A stretch of DNA of 44,665 nucleotides from Candidatus Pacearchaeota archaeon (GTDB taxonomy: Archaea; Nanobdellota; Nanobdellia; Pacearchaeales; GW2011-AR1), in the NCBI GenBank assembly GCA_016866975.1, contig VGKP01000006.1, positions 1 through 44,665 of the forward strand. Direction: 5' to 3'. The position numbers were made by a program, and so were the translations under genes. Below the pieces are notes generated by a model. That model was not told the DNA's origin and ran no database searches. It saw nothing but the letters and a program-made list of their open reading frames with translations. Below are positions 17,908 through 27,126 of the stretch, one piece after another; positions within the stretch are counted from its first letter, which is position 1; each line of letters opens with the position of its first letter.

Positions 17908-18702
17908 ATGACAAAAGGAGTTTCAATAAAGTTTCGTTCATATGAGGCCACTGTGCCAAAATTATTAGAACTCATCAAGTTTGAGAGGGCATTGGAGAAG
18001 CAAAAGACAATCATTCTAAAACCCGCAGTAAATCAAAAAGATGCTATGAATACTCCAGTAGAATTTGTAGAAGAGGTTCTCAAGTTCTGTCTTAAAAACA
18101 AGAAGCCAGACACATCTGTCTTCATAGCAGAAGGCTCAGATGGCGCAGAGACAATGGAGCTTTTTGACTCTCTTGGATACAAGACCCTCTCGGAGAAATA
18201 TCAGGTAGGTCTGCTTGATTTAAATCAAGCAGAAATAGAAGAGATACAGGATGGCAACTTCTCTAAATTTGAGAGCATAAGGTATCCTAAACTATTGCTC
18301 GAAGGGTTTATAGTCTCACTGCCAAAGTTATCTCACGACGGCGAGCTTGACATGCAAGGCTCTCTATCCAACATGCTTGGAGCATTCCCTTCCAGGTATT
18401 ACCAAGGCCTTTTCGCTAGGAAAAAGAGCAAGATAAGAAAATGGCCATTGAAATACGCAGTTCATGACATATTGAGGTGCAAGATGCCGGATTTTACAGT
18501 CATCGATGCTTCAGAACAAGGCACAATTCTGGCAGGTTTCCCTCTAGATATGGATAAACAAGCGGCAAAGTTAGTGGGGAAAGAATGGAAAGATATACAG
18601 TATCTAAGGTTTATTGATGAGAATTTCTCACAATCCTTCCAGCATGATGGTTCTAAAGAACAACCAACTAATAATTCTAATTCAAGGGTAAATATCCAAT
18701 AG
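17908..18702 (+). CDS. DUF362-like protein
   Basis: ILKP, IAEGS, LDLN, SLPKL and SLSNMLG resemble DUF362 motifs but are divergent. Confidence 0.65.
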   Translation: MTKGVSIKFRSYEATVPKLLELIKFERALEKQKTIILKPAVNQKDAMNTPVEFVEEVLKFCLKNKKPDTSVFIAEGSDGAETMELFDSLGYKTLSEKYQVGLLDLNQAEIEEIQDGNFSKFESIRYPKLLLEGFIVSLPKLSHDGELDMQGSLSNMLGAFPSRYYQGLFARKKSKIRKWPLKYAVHDILRCKMPDFTVIDASEQGTILAGFPLDMDKQAAKLVGKEWKDIQYLRFIDENFSQSFQHDGSKEQPTNNSNSRVNIQ

Positions 18703-18740
18703 ATAGGAAACTATTTTAATAAGAGGTATGTAAGAACAAT

Positions 18741-19016
18741 ATGAAAAAAACAGTCAGGCTGACAATCACAGGGTCGTTACAGAGCTTGTTTTTCAAGCAA
18801 TTCATAAAGGAGAATGCAGATGCTAATGATGTAAGGGGATTTCTAAGAAATCTTGAAGATGGACGTGTAGAGATCTTTCTTGAAGGTAATAAGGAAGATG
18901 TGGAAGAGATGACTGAAGTCTGCAGCAAAGGGCCTAAATATGCGCAGATAAGATCGGTTGAACAGAAAGAAGAACGCTTCCAAGGGTTCAGGGAATTCAA
19001 GATTCTCAAAATCTAA
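18741..19016 (+). CDS. acyP: Acylphosphatase-family protein
   Basis: GFLRNLEDGRVEI, CSKGP; the usual VQGVGFR loop is altered to LQSLFFK. Confidence 0.8.
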   Translation: MKKTVRLTITGSLQSLFFKQFIKENADANDVRGFLRNLEDGRVEIFLEGNKEDVEEMTEVCSKGPKYAQIRSVEQKEERFQGFREFKILKI

Positions 19017-19053
19017 GACAAGGATTTAAAAAGCATACGATCGTCATCGTCAC

Positions 19054-19551
19054 ATGAAAAAGAGCCAGGTCAGGAAATTAAAGCCAACTGTGTCTCCCTC
19101 TTCTATAAAGGCCATAATAGTTATAGACTGCATTATAGCACTTCTCCTGCTTTTGTTAGGCATATCTCTCATTGCGAGCAGCATACAGATATTAAAAGAC
19201 CCGAGTCAGGCCACAGAACAGTTCCTAGAGGCACTTAAGAATTATCCTTCCTCAAATATAGCTGCTGAGGATGCAGAGAGTTATGTTCTTATGATTGCTA
19301 AGGTTGCACCCTATTTTGGAGCAATTTTACTTATTTTGGCCTTCACTCATGTTTTGTTAGCCATATATCTCAAGAGAAGGAAGAATTGGGCGCGGATGAC
19401 TCAGATAGTTCTGGCAATATTTGCAATAATTTATTCTCTCCTCATTATCGGATCAGGAAACTTTGTCTTCGGGATTTTATTCCTTCTTATTGAAGGATGG
19501 ATTGCAAGTTACCTTCTTTTTACACCAGGAGGGAAGGACCACTTCTCTTAA
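19054..19551 (+). CDS. Multi-pass membrane protein, unknown function
   Basis: Four hydrophobic segments; TATA at 19025, 29 nt before the ATG. Confidence 0.7.
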   Translation: MKKSQVRKLKPTVSPSSIKAIIVIDCIIALLLLLLGISLIASSIQILKDPSQATEQFLEALKNYPSSNIAAEDAESYVLMIAKVAPYFGAILLILAFTHVLLAIYLKRRKNWARMTQIVLAIFAIIYSLLIIGSGNFVFGILFLLIEGWIASYLLFTPGGKDHFS

Positions 19552-19589
19552 TTCATAATCTCTTTAAATACAGATAGTATAAGAAAAAT

Positions 19590-20156
19590 ATGGTATCTCG
19601 GGAAAGCGCTATGCAACTATTGCACGAACATGTGCAGTCTCAGTCGTTAAGAACGCACTGCCTTGCTGTAGCATATGCTATGGAAGCTTATGCAGATTAC
19701 TTTCAAGAAGATAGGGACTTATGGTTCATTACTGGTCTGTTGCACGATTTTGACTATGAGGAATTTCCCACGGCAGAACATCATCCATTTGAAGGGGTCA
19801 AGATACTTAGGGAAAAAGGATATCCTGCAGAGACTATCGATGCTATTTTAGGTCATGCAGAATACTCCGGTGTCAAAAGGACATCAAATATGGCCAAATC
19901 ATTGTTTGCAGTAGATGAGTTGTCAGGATTCATTCTTGCCCTTGCAAAGGTCAGGCCAGGAAATTTTGAAGGAATGTCAGCAGATTCTGTGAAGAAGGCC
20001 TTGAAGAAAAAAGGATTTGCCGAGGCAATTAGCAGGGAAGATGTTGCAAAAGGGATAAAAGAACTCAATATACCTGAAAATCTCCATTATGAGAGAGTTA
20101 TTAATGCCCTTAGAGATCATTCTAAGGAGCTGACCTTTTCTTCAAAATATATATAA
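19590..20156 (+). CDS. HD-domain phosphohydrolase (COG2316-like)
   Basis: RTHCLAV, GLLHDFDYE, AILGH, AVDELSG. Confidence 0.88.
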   Translation: MVSRESAMQLLHEHVQSQSLRTHCLAVAYAMEAYADYFQEDRDLWFITGLLHDFDYEEFPTAEHHPFEGVKILREKGYPAETIDAILGHAEYSGVKRTSNMAKSLFAVDELSGFILALAKVRPGNFEGMSADSVKKALKKKGFAEAISREDVAKGIKELNIPENLHYERVINALRDHSKELTFSSKYI

Positions 20157-20178
20157 ATGCCCTTTTTCTCCTCGTATT

Positions 20179-21741
20179 ATGGGAAGACAAGATGAATTGC
20201 TTAAAGAGCGCTTGAGGAAAATAGATGAGCTTAGGAAGAAAGGGATAAACCCTTATCCATATAGTTATGACAAGAAAGATTCTTCAGCCCAGCTTCAGAA
20301 AGAGCATGAGAAATTAAAGCCAGAACAGCATTCAAAATCGACAGCAAAAATTGCTGGCCGCCTCATGTCTTTTCGCGATATGGGTAAAATAGCATTCGGC
20401 TCAATTCAGGATGAAACGGGAAAAATACAAATAGTATTGCAAGAGCCAGATACCTCTGAGAAGGTCTCAGAATTTTTTAAGAAATATATTGATCTTGGAG
20501 ACTTTGTAGGAATAGAGGGCACAGTTTTCAGGACAAAGCGGGGAGAACTTTCAATATTAGCAAAGAAAGCAGACATTCTCTCAAAATCTCTTCAAGCTCT
20601 TCCAGACAAATGGCACGGGTTGGAAGACAAAGAAGAAAGATACAGAAAGCGTCATCTGGATTTGATAATGTCTCCCGAAGTAAAGCAAGTTTTAGACAAA
20701 AGGGAAAAAATACTTGACGCAATCCGCGAATTCTTGAAAAGCAAAGGCTTCAATGAAGTAGACACACCTTATCTCCAGGCAGTATACGGCGGCGCAGCAG
20801 CAAGGCCTTTCAAAACACATCTGAACGCTTTAGACATCGATTTATATCTGGCTATTTCTCCAGAGCTTTATCTAAAAAGGCTTATTATCGGTGGCTACGA
20901 AAAAGTTTTTACAATTGCCCACAATTTCAGAAATGAAGGAATTGATCGCTGGCACAATCCAGAGTTTACAATGATGGAAATATATCAAGCCTATGCGGAT
21001 TACAACGACATGATGGAACTTATGGAAGACTTATATGTTTGCGCAGCAAAGAAAGTAAATGGCTCTACAAAAATTAATTTCAGAGGCAAGGATATAGATT
21101 TCAAGAAGCCTTGGGCGAGAATGACTATGGCTGAAGCGATCAAAAAATATGCAAAAATAGATGTAGAAAAAATGTCTGCTAAAGAGTTATTCGATGTAAT
21201 AGAAGAGCACAAAGTCGAGAAAAAAGGAAATACATGGGGCTGGGCAGTGCAATCTCTTTTTGAGCATTTTTGCGAGTCTCATTTAGAACAGCCGACATTC
21301 ATCATAGACCATCCGCTTGAGACAACTCCTCTTTGCAAGCTTCACAGAAATGACAAGCTCTGCCGCCTGATAGAAAGATTTGAGCCATTTTGCATGGGCG
21401 CAGAACTTGGGAATGCATATTCAGAGCTAAACGATCCAGTCATGCAGAAGAAACTTCTAGAAGAACAGCAGGCAATGCTCAAGAAAGGAAATGAAGAAGC
21501 AAATCCATATGATGAAGATTTTGTAAATGCGCTTGAAGTAGGCATGCCTCCGACGGGCGGAATTGGCATAGGTATAGACAGAATGGTTATGCTTCTTACA
21601 GGGCAGGATTCAATCCGCGATGTTTTGTTATTTCCCTTTATGCGCCCCGAAACAAAGCCAGAATCTAAGCTTGAAGTAAAAGCAGGGCAGAAAAAAGAGA
21701 CAAGGGGAGGTAAAAATGACCGATCTGATAATAAAAAGTAA
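20179..21741 (+). CDS. lysS: Lysyl-tRNA synthetase, class II
   Basis: OB-fold anticodon domain, GGAAARPFKTH, FRNEG, HNPEFT, ELGNAYSEL, GMPPTGGIGIGIDR. Confidence 0.97.
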   Translation: MGRQDELLKERLRKIDELRKKGINPYPYSYDKKDSSAQLQKEHEKLKPEQHSKSTAKIAGRLMSFRDMGKIAFGSIQDETGKIQIVLQEPDTSEKVSEFFKKYIDLGDFVGIEGTVFRTKRGELSILAKKADILSKSLQALPDKWHGLEDKEERYRKRHLDLIMSPEVKQVLDKREKILDAIREFLKSKGFNEVDTPYLQAVYGGAAARPFKTHLNALDIDLYLAISPELYLKRLIIGGYEKVFTIAHNFRNEGIDRWHNPEFTMMEIYQAYADYNDMMELMEDLYVCAAKKVNGSTKINFRGKDIDFKKPWARMTMAEAIKKYAKIDVEKMSAKELFDVIEEHKVEKKGNTWGWAVQSLFEHFCESHLEQPTFIIDHPLETTPLCKLHRNDKLCRLIERFEPFCMGAELGNAYSELNDPVMQKKLLEEQQAMLKKGNEEANPYDEDFVNALEVGMPPTGGIGIGIDRMVMLLTGQDSIRDVLLFPFMRPETKPESKLEVKAGQKKETRGGKNDRSDNKK

Positions 21742-21883
21742 GATTAAAGCCGCTGTTCCAGAAATGAGCGTAGCAGGAGAGGTAGCAGAAGCCTTGGATA
21801 AGAAGGTCAAGGAAATTTTGGAAGCTGCAGCCCAACGTGCAAAAGCAAACGGCAGAAGAACTTTGCAAGCAAGAGATATTTAG
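21716..21883 (+). CDS. 55-aa short histone-fold protein (alpha3/face-to-face type), not in ORF track
   Basis: MTDLIIKSKIKAAVPEMSVAGEVAEALDKKVKEILEAAAQRAKANGRRTLQARDI*; RxTxxxxD motif; GGAGG at 21706-21710. Confidence 0.88.
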   Translation: MTDLIIKSKIKAAVPEMSVAGEVAEALDKKVKEILEAAAQRAKANGRRTLQARDI

Positions 21884-21914
21884 GACTTTTATTGGGAGAT
21901 ATTTAATTAAAAAC

Positions 21915-22070
21915 ATGAGAAAGAAGTTTCCAACATTTGCGTTCTTGGTTCTTATAATTGGAATCATATGGCTATTCTCAGAACTAGGCGTAATTTCGGC
22001 AAATATCCCTTGGCTGCCAATCATAGTGATAATTCTGTCCCTTGGCTGGATAATTAATCATAATACTTGA
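21915..22070 (+). CDS. 51-aa two-TM membrane protein
   Basis: MRKKFPTFAFLVLIIGIIWL...IPWLPIIVIILSLGWII; start reassigned from the longer ORF. Confidence 0.65.
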   Translation: MRKKFPTFAFLVLIIGIIWLFSELGVISANIPWLPIIVIILSLGWIINHNT

Positions 22071-22134
22071 TAATGTTTTTTACTACATTCAAAGGAAAAA
22101 CGATATTTATATAACACTCAGTTAATGAATGTTT

Positions 22135-22398
22135 ATGGAGGGACCAAGATATTACGTATATTTGCGTTTCTATCTAGACTCAACCAAGAATCCCAATGGA
22201 TTCCCAATAGGGGAGAGACAATACAATAAAGAATTAATTCTACATCAAAAAATATCTCTTCCTCATCAAAAAGACCCATTTTTTAAGGACATGCCTGAAG
22301 CGATAGTAGAATCGATTTCACCAAGTATCTTGATTGGTGAGCCTCAGAAACTTCACGCACCGATATTTCTTCCTAAAGGTAGGGAAGATCTAGGGTAA
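22135..22398 (+). CDS. Hypothetical protein, possibly frameshifted
   Basis: TATA at 22106, 29 nt before the ATG at 22135; an overlapping -1 frame stays open to 22598. Confidence 0.45.
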   Translation: MEGPRYYVYLRFYLDSTKNPNGFPIGERQYNKELILHQKISLPHQKDPFFKDMPEAIVESISPSILIGEPQKLHAPIFLPKGREDLG

Positions 22399-22575
22399 TT
22401 GTTGGAGGAATTTTTAGATGGTATACTCGTGAAGAGCAGAATATCTCTCAGGAAGACTTGCCTTTAGGATATACTTTTGCACAAGCTTTTTATGGCAATA
22501 GAATCATTCCGCCTCCTAGAGATTATCTTGGGATGGTCAGCTCTGCAAGAAACAATTTGTCATTAAATAAGAAAA

Positions 22576-23358
22576 TTACTGGCATTTCTTCCAAATAGGA
22601 TTTGTCACGCTTCTGTTTGTAATCGAATCAACTGCAACAAGACCCAATTTGGATACCTTGCCAAGACCCTTAATTGAGAGTGGATACTCGCTTGATTCGC
22701 CCAAGGCGGGAACGTTTGATGTCGCAGTCTTTATTTCTTTTCCATTTACATCATTTACAGTAAATATAAGCGAGATATTCTCACCTTGGCCTCTATCTCT
22801 CCTGACTCTAGCAACATTTGTAGAACAGGAAAACTCGCTTATCTCAAAATAATATGAAGTAAATTTAGGCAATCTGACTTCGCTTAAGTCAGTCTCTTTC
22901 GTTACTATTGCAAATAGATTTTGCATACAATTAATGTAAAGGAAACTAAGGTTGCTCTTCATATTGCCTTCACAATTAAAATAATTATAAGAATTATTCA
23001 GCATTCTAAATGAAGAATTTCTCTCTCCGTTGAATATCTCTTTCAGTGTCTGCCTGTCATTCTCATTCATAGAATCTACATATTCTTTTTCACATGAATT
23101 CTTGCATGAAGCATCGAAGAACCTTTGCAGCTGTCCATAATCATTGTATTGTGTTTCAGTTGGGCAGAGAGAATTGCAGTAGATATACTTATGATATCCT
23201 GCTTCGACTCTCTGTATTCTCCAACTGTCTTCAAATACTATAAACAGTTGGAATATTATTGCAGCAATCACTCCCAGTGCAATTACAATATATATCAGAA
23301 ACAGCCATCTTGGAGTTCTCTTAGATTTTTTCCATGTCTCTTTTTCCGTCGGAATCAT
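22576..23358 (-). CDS. Membrane-anchored surface protein with Cys-containing ectodomain
   Basis: One N-terminal TM; CNSLCP and CKNSC motifs; several N-x-S/T sequons. Confidence 0.7.
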   Translation of the reverse strand: MIPTEKETWKKSKRTPRWLFLIYIVIALGVIAAIIFQLFIVFEDSWRIQRVEAGYHKYIYCNSLCPTETQYNDYGQLQRFFDASCKNSCEKEYVDSMNENDRQTLKEIFNGERNSSFRMLNNSYNYFNCEGNMKSNLSFLYINCMQNLFAIVTKETDLSEVRLPKFTSYYFEISEFSCSTNVARVRRDRGQGENISLIFTVNDVNGKEIKTATSNVPALGESSEYPLSIKGLGKVSKLGLVAVDSITNRSVTNPIWKKCQ

Positions 23359-23410
23359 AAATTACATTAAGAAATAAAACTATTTAAATCCTTTTTAACA
23401 TGGAAGTTCT

Positions 23411-23809
23411 ATGTCAAATAAATCAAAGGGGTCGAATGCTGAGCGCGAATTAGTTAAAATGTTTACAGAGCACGGTTGGCGCGCCCTCCGTGTTGCAGGT
23501 TCAGGAGTAAATGACGATTCTCCCTGCGACATTATAGTTGGGAAAGTCGGCAAGAAAGGTTATGCTATTGAAGCAAAGTCAAGCAAGAAAAATCGCATCT
23601 ATATCACAAAATCTCAGATAGAAGATTTTGTTAAATTTTCATTGATGCTTGGTCTTCAGCCAGCCCTAGCAATCAGGTTTAACTATAAAGGCTGGCATTT
23701 CATCCCTCCAGAACATCTCGAGGATACTGGCAATAATTGGGTAATCAGCATGGAAAAAGCAGAGACAAAAGGCCTAAGATTCAGCCAATTTTTTGAAGGT
23801 AGCACTTAA
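23411..23809 (+). CDS. hjc: Archaeal Holliday junction resolvase
   Basis: GSNAEREL, RVAGSG, PCDI, IEAKS. Confidence 0.93.
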   Translation: MSNKSKGSNAERELVKMFTEHGWRALRVAGSGVNDDSPCDIIVGKVGKKGYAIEAKSSKKNRIYITKSQIEDFVKFSLMLGLQPALAIRFNYKGWHFIPPEHLEDTGNNWVISMEKAETKGLRFSQFFEGST

Positions 23810-23855
23810 TTTAAAATAAAATTTAGTAAACAAAAGGCATCATCTGAAATCAATA

Positions 23856-26240
23856 TTAGGGCTTCACAGGATTAGGTATGGATATAACTTCGCCTTTTAT
23901 CTGTGAAGCACTCACTACTAGGTTGCAGGCATTAGGGTCAGGTTCATTATCATACGCATCGCTGCATTTTATATGATAGACTGCATTGTCCTTCCATTCA
24001 GCAAGATGGCTCTCAAGCTCTTCTATAGGGGAATGTATCATCTCAATCCCTTCCACAAACCTGTAGTTGCAAGAGGTAAGTGAATATACACATTGAGCAT
24101 CTTCATCAGTGACTACTTTCAATGCCTCTGTATTGAATCTATATGCCCTCGTTATCTTTGGAGGCTGCTTATCTACAATTATGGTAAATGCCGCGCTAGT
24201 CTTTGCAAGGTTGCCTCCTGCATCTATACATCTTATGGAATAATTATAATTGCCACTTATTAATCCAAGGGTCTGCTTGTGGGATATTCCTCCAGTCTCA
24301 AACATTTTTATGTACTCTTTTTGCCCAGAGGGAGCAAATGAACACACAGATTTCCCATCTTCAGCACCGTTAGTGGTAGTTACAACAATATCTACTTTTA
24401 CAGTATCTGTGCTTCCCGAGATTGTTCCATTAGGACCGACAGAGAATATATCCAAGGGCCGACTACCTTTTAACACAAGCTCTTTGCTTGCGACATTTAC
24501 ATTGCCTGCAATATCCTTGCACCTGAAGAAGAAAGAGTTGTCTTCTCTGTCCTTTACTCCAGTCAAATTGCCTTTACATATATATTGTAGGTCAGCATTT
24601 ATCTCAATGCTCTCATTAGAACACTGCATGACATTTTCCATTGTCTCATAGTTTTTGCTTTGAATGCTCCACTTGCACTGCGCAGGTTCATTGATATATG
24701 ATTCTATAGGCACAATATCTTTCCTGTATTGCACAAAACTTCCAGATGGTATAGAAAACTCCTCAATCAAAGGAGGGGTTGTATCTGGCCCCTTATCCAC
24801 GCAGAAACTAACTGCATAAGCATCAGCATTATAGTTTCCATTGGCATCCTGGCATCTGATATACATACTTATTGTCCCATCATTCCTCAACGTAGGTGAT
24901 GCAACATCTTTAGAATTATCCGGTGCAGGCAATCTCATTTTCTGTGTGTGATTGTATGCAAAATAATTACTTTCCCCAACATAATATTGCATGTCTGAGA
25001 AAGGAGTGGTAGCATTGAAGTCTATCTTGCACTGCGCAGGCTCATCAGTAGTTATTCCAAATTTTAATGGAGTATAAGCAGGCAAGCAACCTGAATTTGA
25101 GGTTATTTTAATTCCTATTGCAGGAGGACGAACACTTGTATCAGTTACATACTTTAGTTCTCCAGGAGACAATACATCTTTCCAAGGGCTTATCATAGGG
25201 CTTCTTGCGTCATTAACACTCTTATACACGCATTGTGGCACAGTAGAATCTTTGTTTACAAGATCACATGCCTGTCCCAATGACTTACATCTATATTCGG
25301 TGCACGGTCGGCTAGGATCTTTATTGCAATCTTCACATTTCTTCCCCCCAAGTGGAGGTTCCCATGGTAAGCACTCGAACCTTACCAGTTTTTTCTCTTC
25401 TTTTTTATACATCAAGAAAAATACTGCTGCCGCTATCCCTATTCCAGTCACAAACCCAAATTGAGTGGCGGAAAGTCCGATTTTATTTGCAAATGAACCA
25501 ACACCCCATGAAGTATATTTTGCCTCTGTTGCTAGCCCATAAAGCAACCTCCCTCCTATTATCCCCGCCATCGCGGCGGCAGATAAAGAATTTGTAAGTT
25601 CTTTATCCAGTCCTGCAATCTCTCCCACAAGCTTTATGATGCCTACTGCCGTTGTTGCCCACAATACACCAGTCAATAAATGAGCACCCATCCCGGAAAA
25701 TTCGATATCAGTAAATGGTATCTTTTGTTTATGTGTTCCAGATAGAGTCCCTCCCTGTGATGCTACGCTTTGCTGAATATCTTTGAATTCTTTAGTATTG
25801 ATAGTGATTTCTTCTCCATTTGCAATTATCTTACCACCTTTTCCATCAGCTCCAGGAGGAATTATACTTTGGACATCAGAATAAGGTTTACCTCTAATTT
25901 CAACGCTTGCACCTTTCACGATTATTCCTTTTTGTCTAAGATAAAGAGAATTTGTTCCAGTAGGATTAGGCGTCTTAGTACCTCCCCAAAATTTTTTCTG
26001 TTCAGGCAGTTTTATCTTTGAACTTAAATCTGGAGAGACTGGTGGGGCTGGAAGAGGTGATGGATCAGGGAGATCTATCCCTGTACTTAGACCTGGAGAT
26101 CCCGATGGAGAGTGAGATGTTGCATAAACATTCTGAGCCTGTCCTATCACAAAAGATATTGCAAAAACTGCACAAATTAAGATAAAAACTTGTCCAGAAA
26201 CCACAGATAAGACTCCCTTCCTTCCACTTCTTTTTTGCAT
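23856..26240 (-). CDS. 794-aa surface protein: Pro-rich linker, Gly/Ala-rich hydrophobic region, Cys/Ig-like C-domain
   Basis: C-domain matches the 1273-aa protein (CxPWxPPLGG, PAQCK, FCVxxGPDTTPP, DxxPPxITRxY); own TATA at 26269, 29 nt before the ATG. Confidence 0.85.
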   Translation of the reverse strand: MQKRSGRKGVLSVVSGQVFILICAVFAISFVIGQAQNVYATSHSPSGSPGLSTGIDLPDPSPLPAPPVSPDLSSKIKLPEQKKFWGGTKTPNPTGTNSLYLRQKGIIVKGASVEIRGKPYSDVQSIIPPGADGKGGKIIANGEEITINTKEFKDIQQSVASQGGTLSGTHKQKIPFTDIEFSGMGAHLLTGVLWATTAVGIIKLVGEIAGLDKELTNSLSAAAMAGIIGGRLLYGLATEAKYTSWGVGSFANKIGLSATQFGFVTGIGIAAAVFFLMYKKEEKKLVRFECLPWEPPLGGKKCEDCNKDPSRPCTEYRCKSLGQACDLVNKDSTVPQCVYKSVNDARSPMISPWKDVLSPGELKYVTDTSVRPPAIGIKITSNSGCLPAYTPLKFGITTDEPAQCKIDFNATTPFSDMQYYVGESNYFAYNHTQKMRLPAPDNSKDVASPTLRNDGTISMYIRCQDANGNYNADAYAVSFCVDKGPDTTPPLIEEFSIPSGSFVQYRKDIVPIESYINEPAQCKWSIQSKNYETMENVMQCSNESIEINADLQYICKGNLTGVKDREDNSFFFRCKDIAGNVNVASKELVLKGSRPLDIFSVGPNGTISGSTDTVKVDIVVTTTNGAEDGKSVCSFAPSGQKEYIKMFETGGISHKQTLGLISGNYNYSIRCIDAGGNLAKTSAAFTIIVDKQPPKITRAYRFNTEALKVVTDEDAQCVYSLTSCNYRFVEGIEMIHSPIEELESHLAEWKDNAVYHIKCSDAYDNEPDPNACNLVVSASQIKGEVISIPNPVKP

Positions 26241-26281
26241 ATCGTAGCGATGCCCTCCTAGTTTATAAATCTTCTCAGATT

Positions 26282-27091
26282 CTACTTGCTTTCATAGACT
26301 TCAAAAGGCGCTTCACCAAGAAACAATACTCTCGGTTCTGGTTTGGGGGGCGGAGAATAAGTTACCGCGCTCTTTCCAAAACTGAACCATGGTTTTGGTT
26401 GATTTATAATGAGAGTCGCCCTATTATCTTTTTCTTTACCATATACTACCAAGGAATATTTTCCTGAGAACTGCAATTTTTTAACTTCTACTTCTATGTC
26501 ATCTTCTGGCTCTGAAGATTCTATCATAGTATCTAATTTAATATTACCCTCTGCATCCAATATTTTCACAAAAAACTTCTGGAAACTTTTATCTTCAAAA
26601 GAATAACCTATTCGAAACGGCTTACCTTGAGGGAATCTTGCATTATTTGCTGGCCTCAAGCCAACATATTCTTCAGGATAATCTGCACCATCTCCATTTT
26701 TATCGATAGTATGCTCATAATATAAAATAGCAACTCTTCCTACATCAGGAAGCCTTAATACTTTCATGAATGGATCAGACGCATATACTTCTGCAGAGGT
26801 ATTAGCAGATACATTAGAGTCATTTGAAGATTGTGGCTGATTAATCATCTGCTGAGTCTGCTTTCCCTGTTGAAGTACCGCTCCAGATTGAAGAAGTGCC
26901 GAAGCCAATCCAAGTCCTGCAGCCGCCTGGGGAGAAAGGCTACTGTTATACAATGCATTTCCGCCCGCAATACCTCCCAATGCAAAAGTCCCTTCAGGGG
27001 TAGCACATCCAGAGGACAATAATACTGCTAGTGCTCCAGAAGAAACCATAATCGAGGACTTTTCTCTAAATCTCTCAATCAAATCCATCAT
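26282..27091 (-). CDS. Putative lipoprotein of unknown function
   Basis: LAVLLSSGC lipobox-like motif; unrelated to its neighbours; own TATA-like element near 27116. Confidence 0.65.
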   Translation of the reverse strand: MMDLIERFREKSSIMVSSGALAVLLSSGCATPEGTFALGGIAGGNALYNSSLSPQAAAGLGLASALLQSGAVLQQGKQTQQMINQPQSSNDSNVSANTSAEVYASDPFMKVLRLPDVGRVAILYYEHTIDKNGDGADYPEEYVGLRPANNARFPQGKPFRIGYSFEDKSFQKFFVKILDAEGNIKLDTMIESSEPEDDIEVEVKKLQFSGKYSLVVYGKEKDNRATLIINQPKPWFSFGKSAVTYSPPPKPEPRVLFLGEAPFEVYESK

Positions 27092-27126
27092 CTTTGAAGA
27101 ATATCTGAATATAAAAGCATTTCTAT

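Noticed and set aside
20179-21741. Class II LysRS as a novelty in itself
   Set aside because: Already known in several archaeal lineages.
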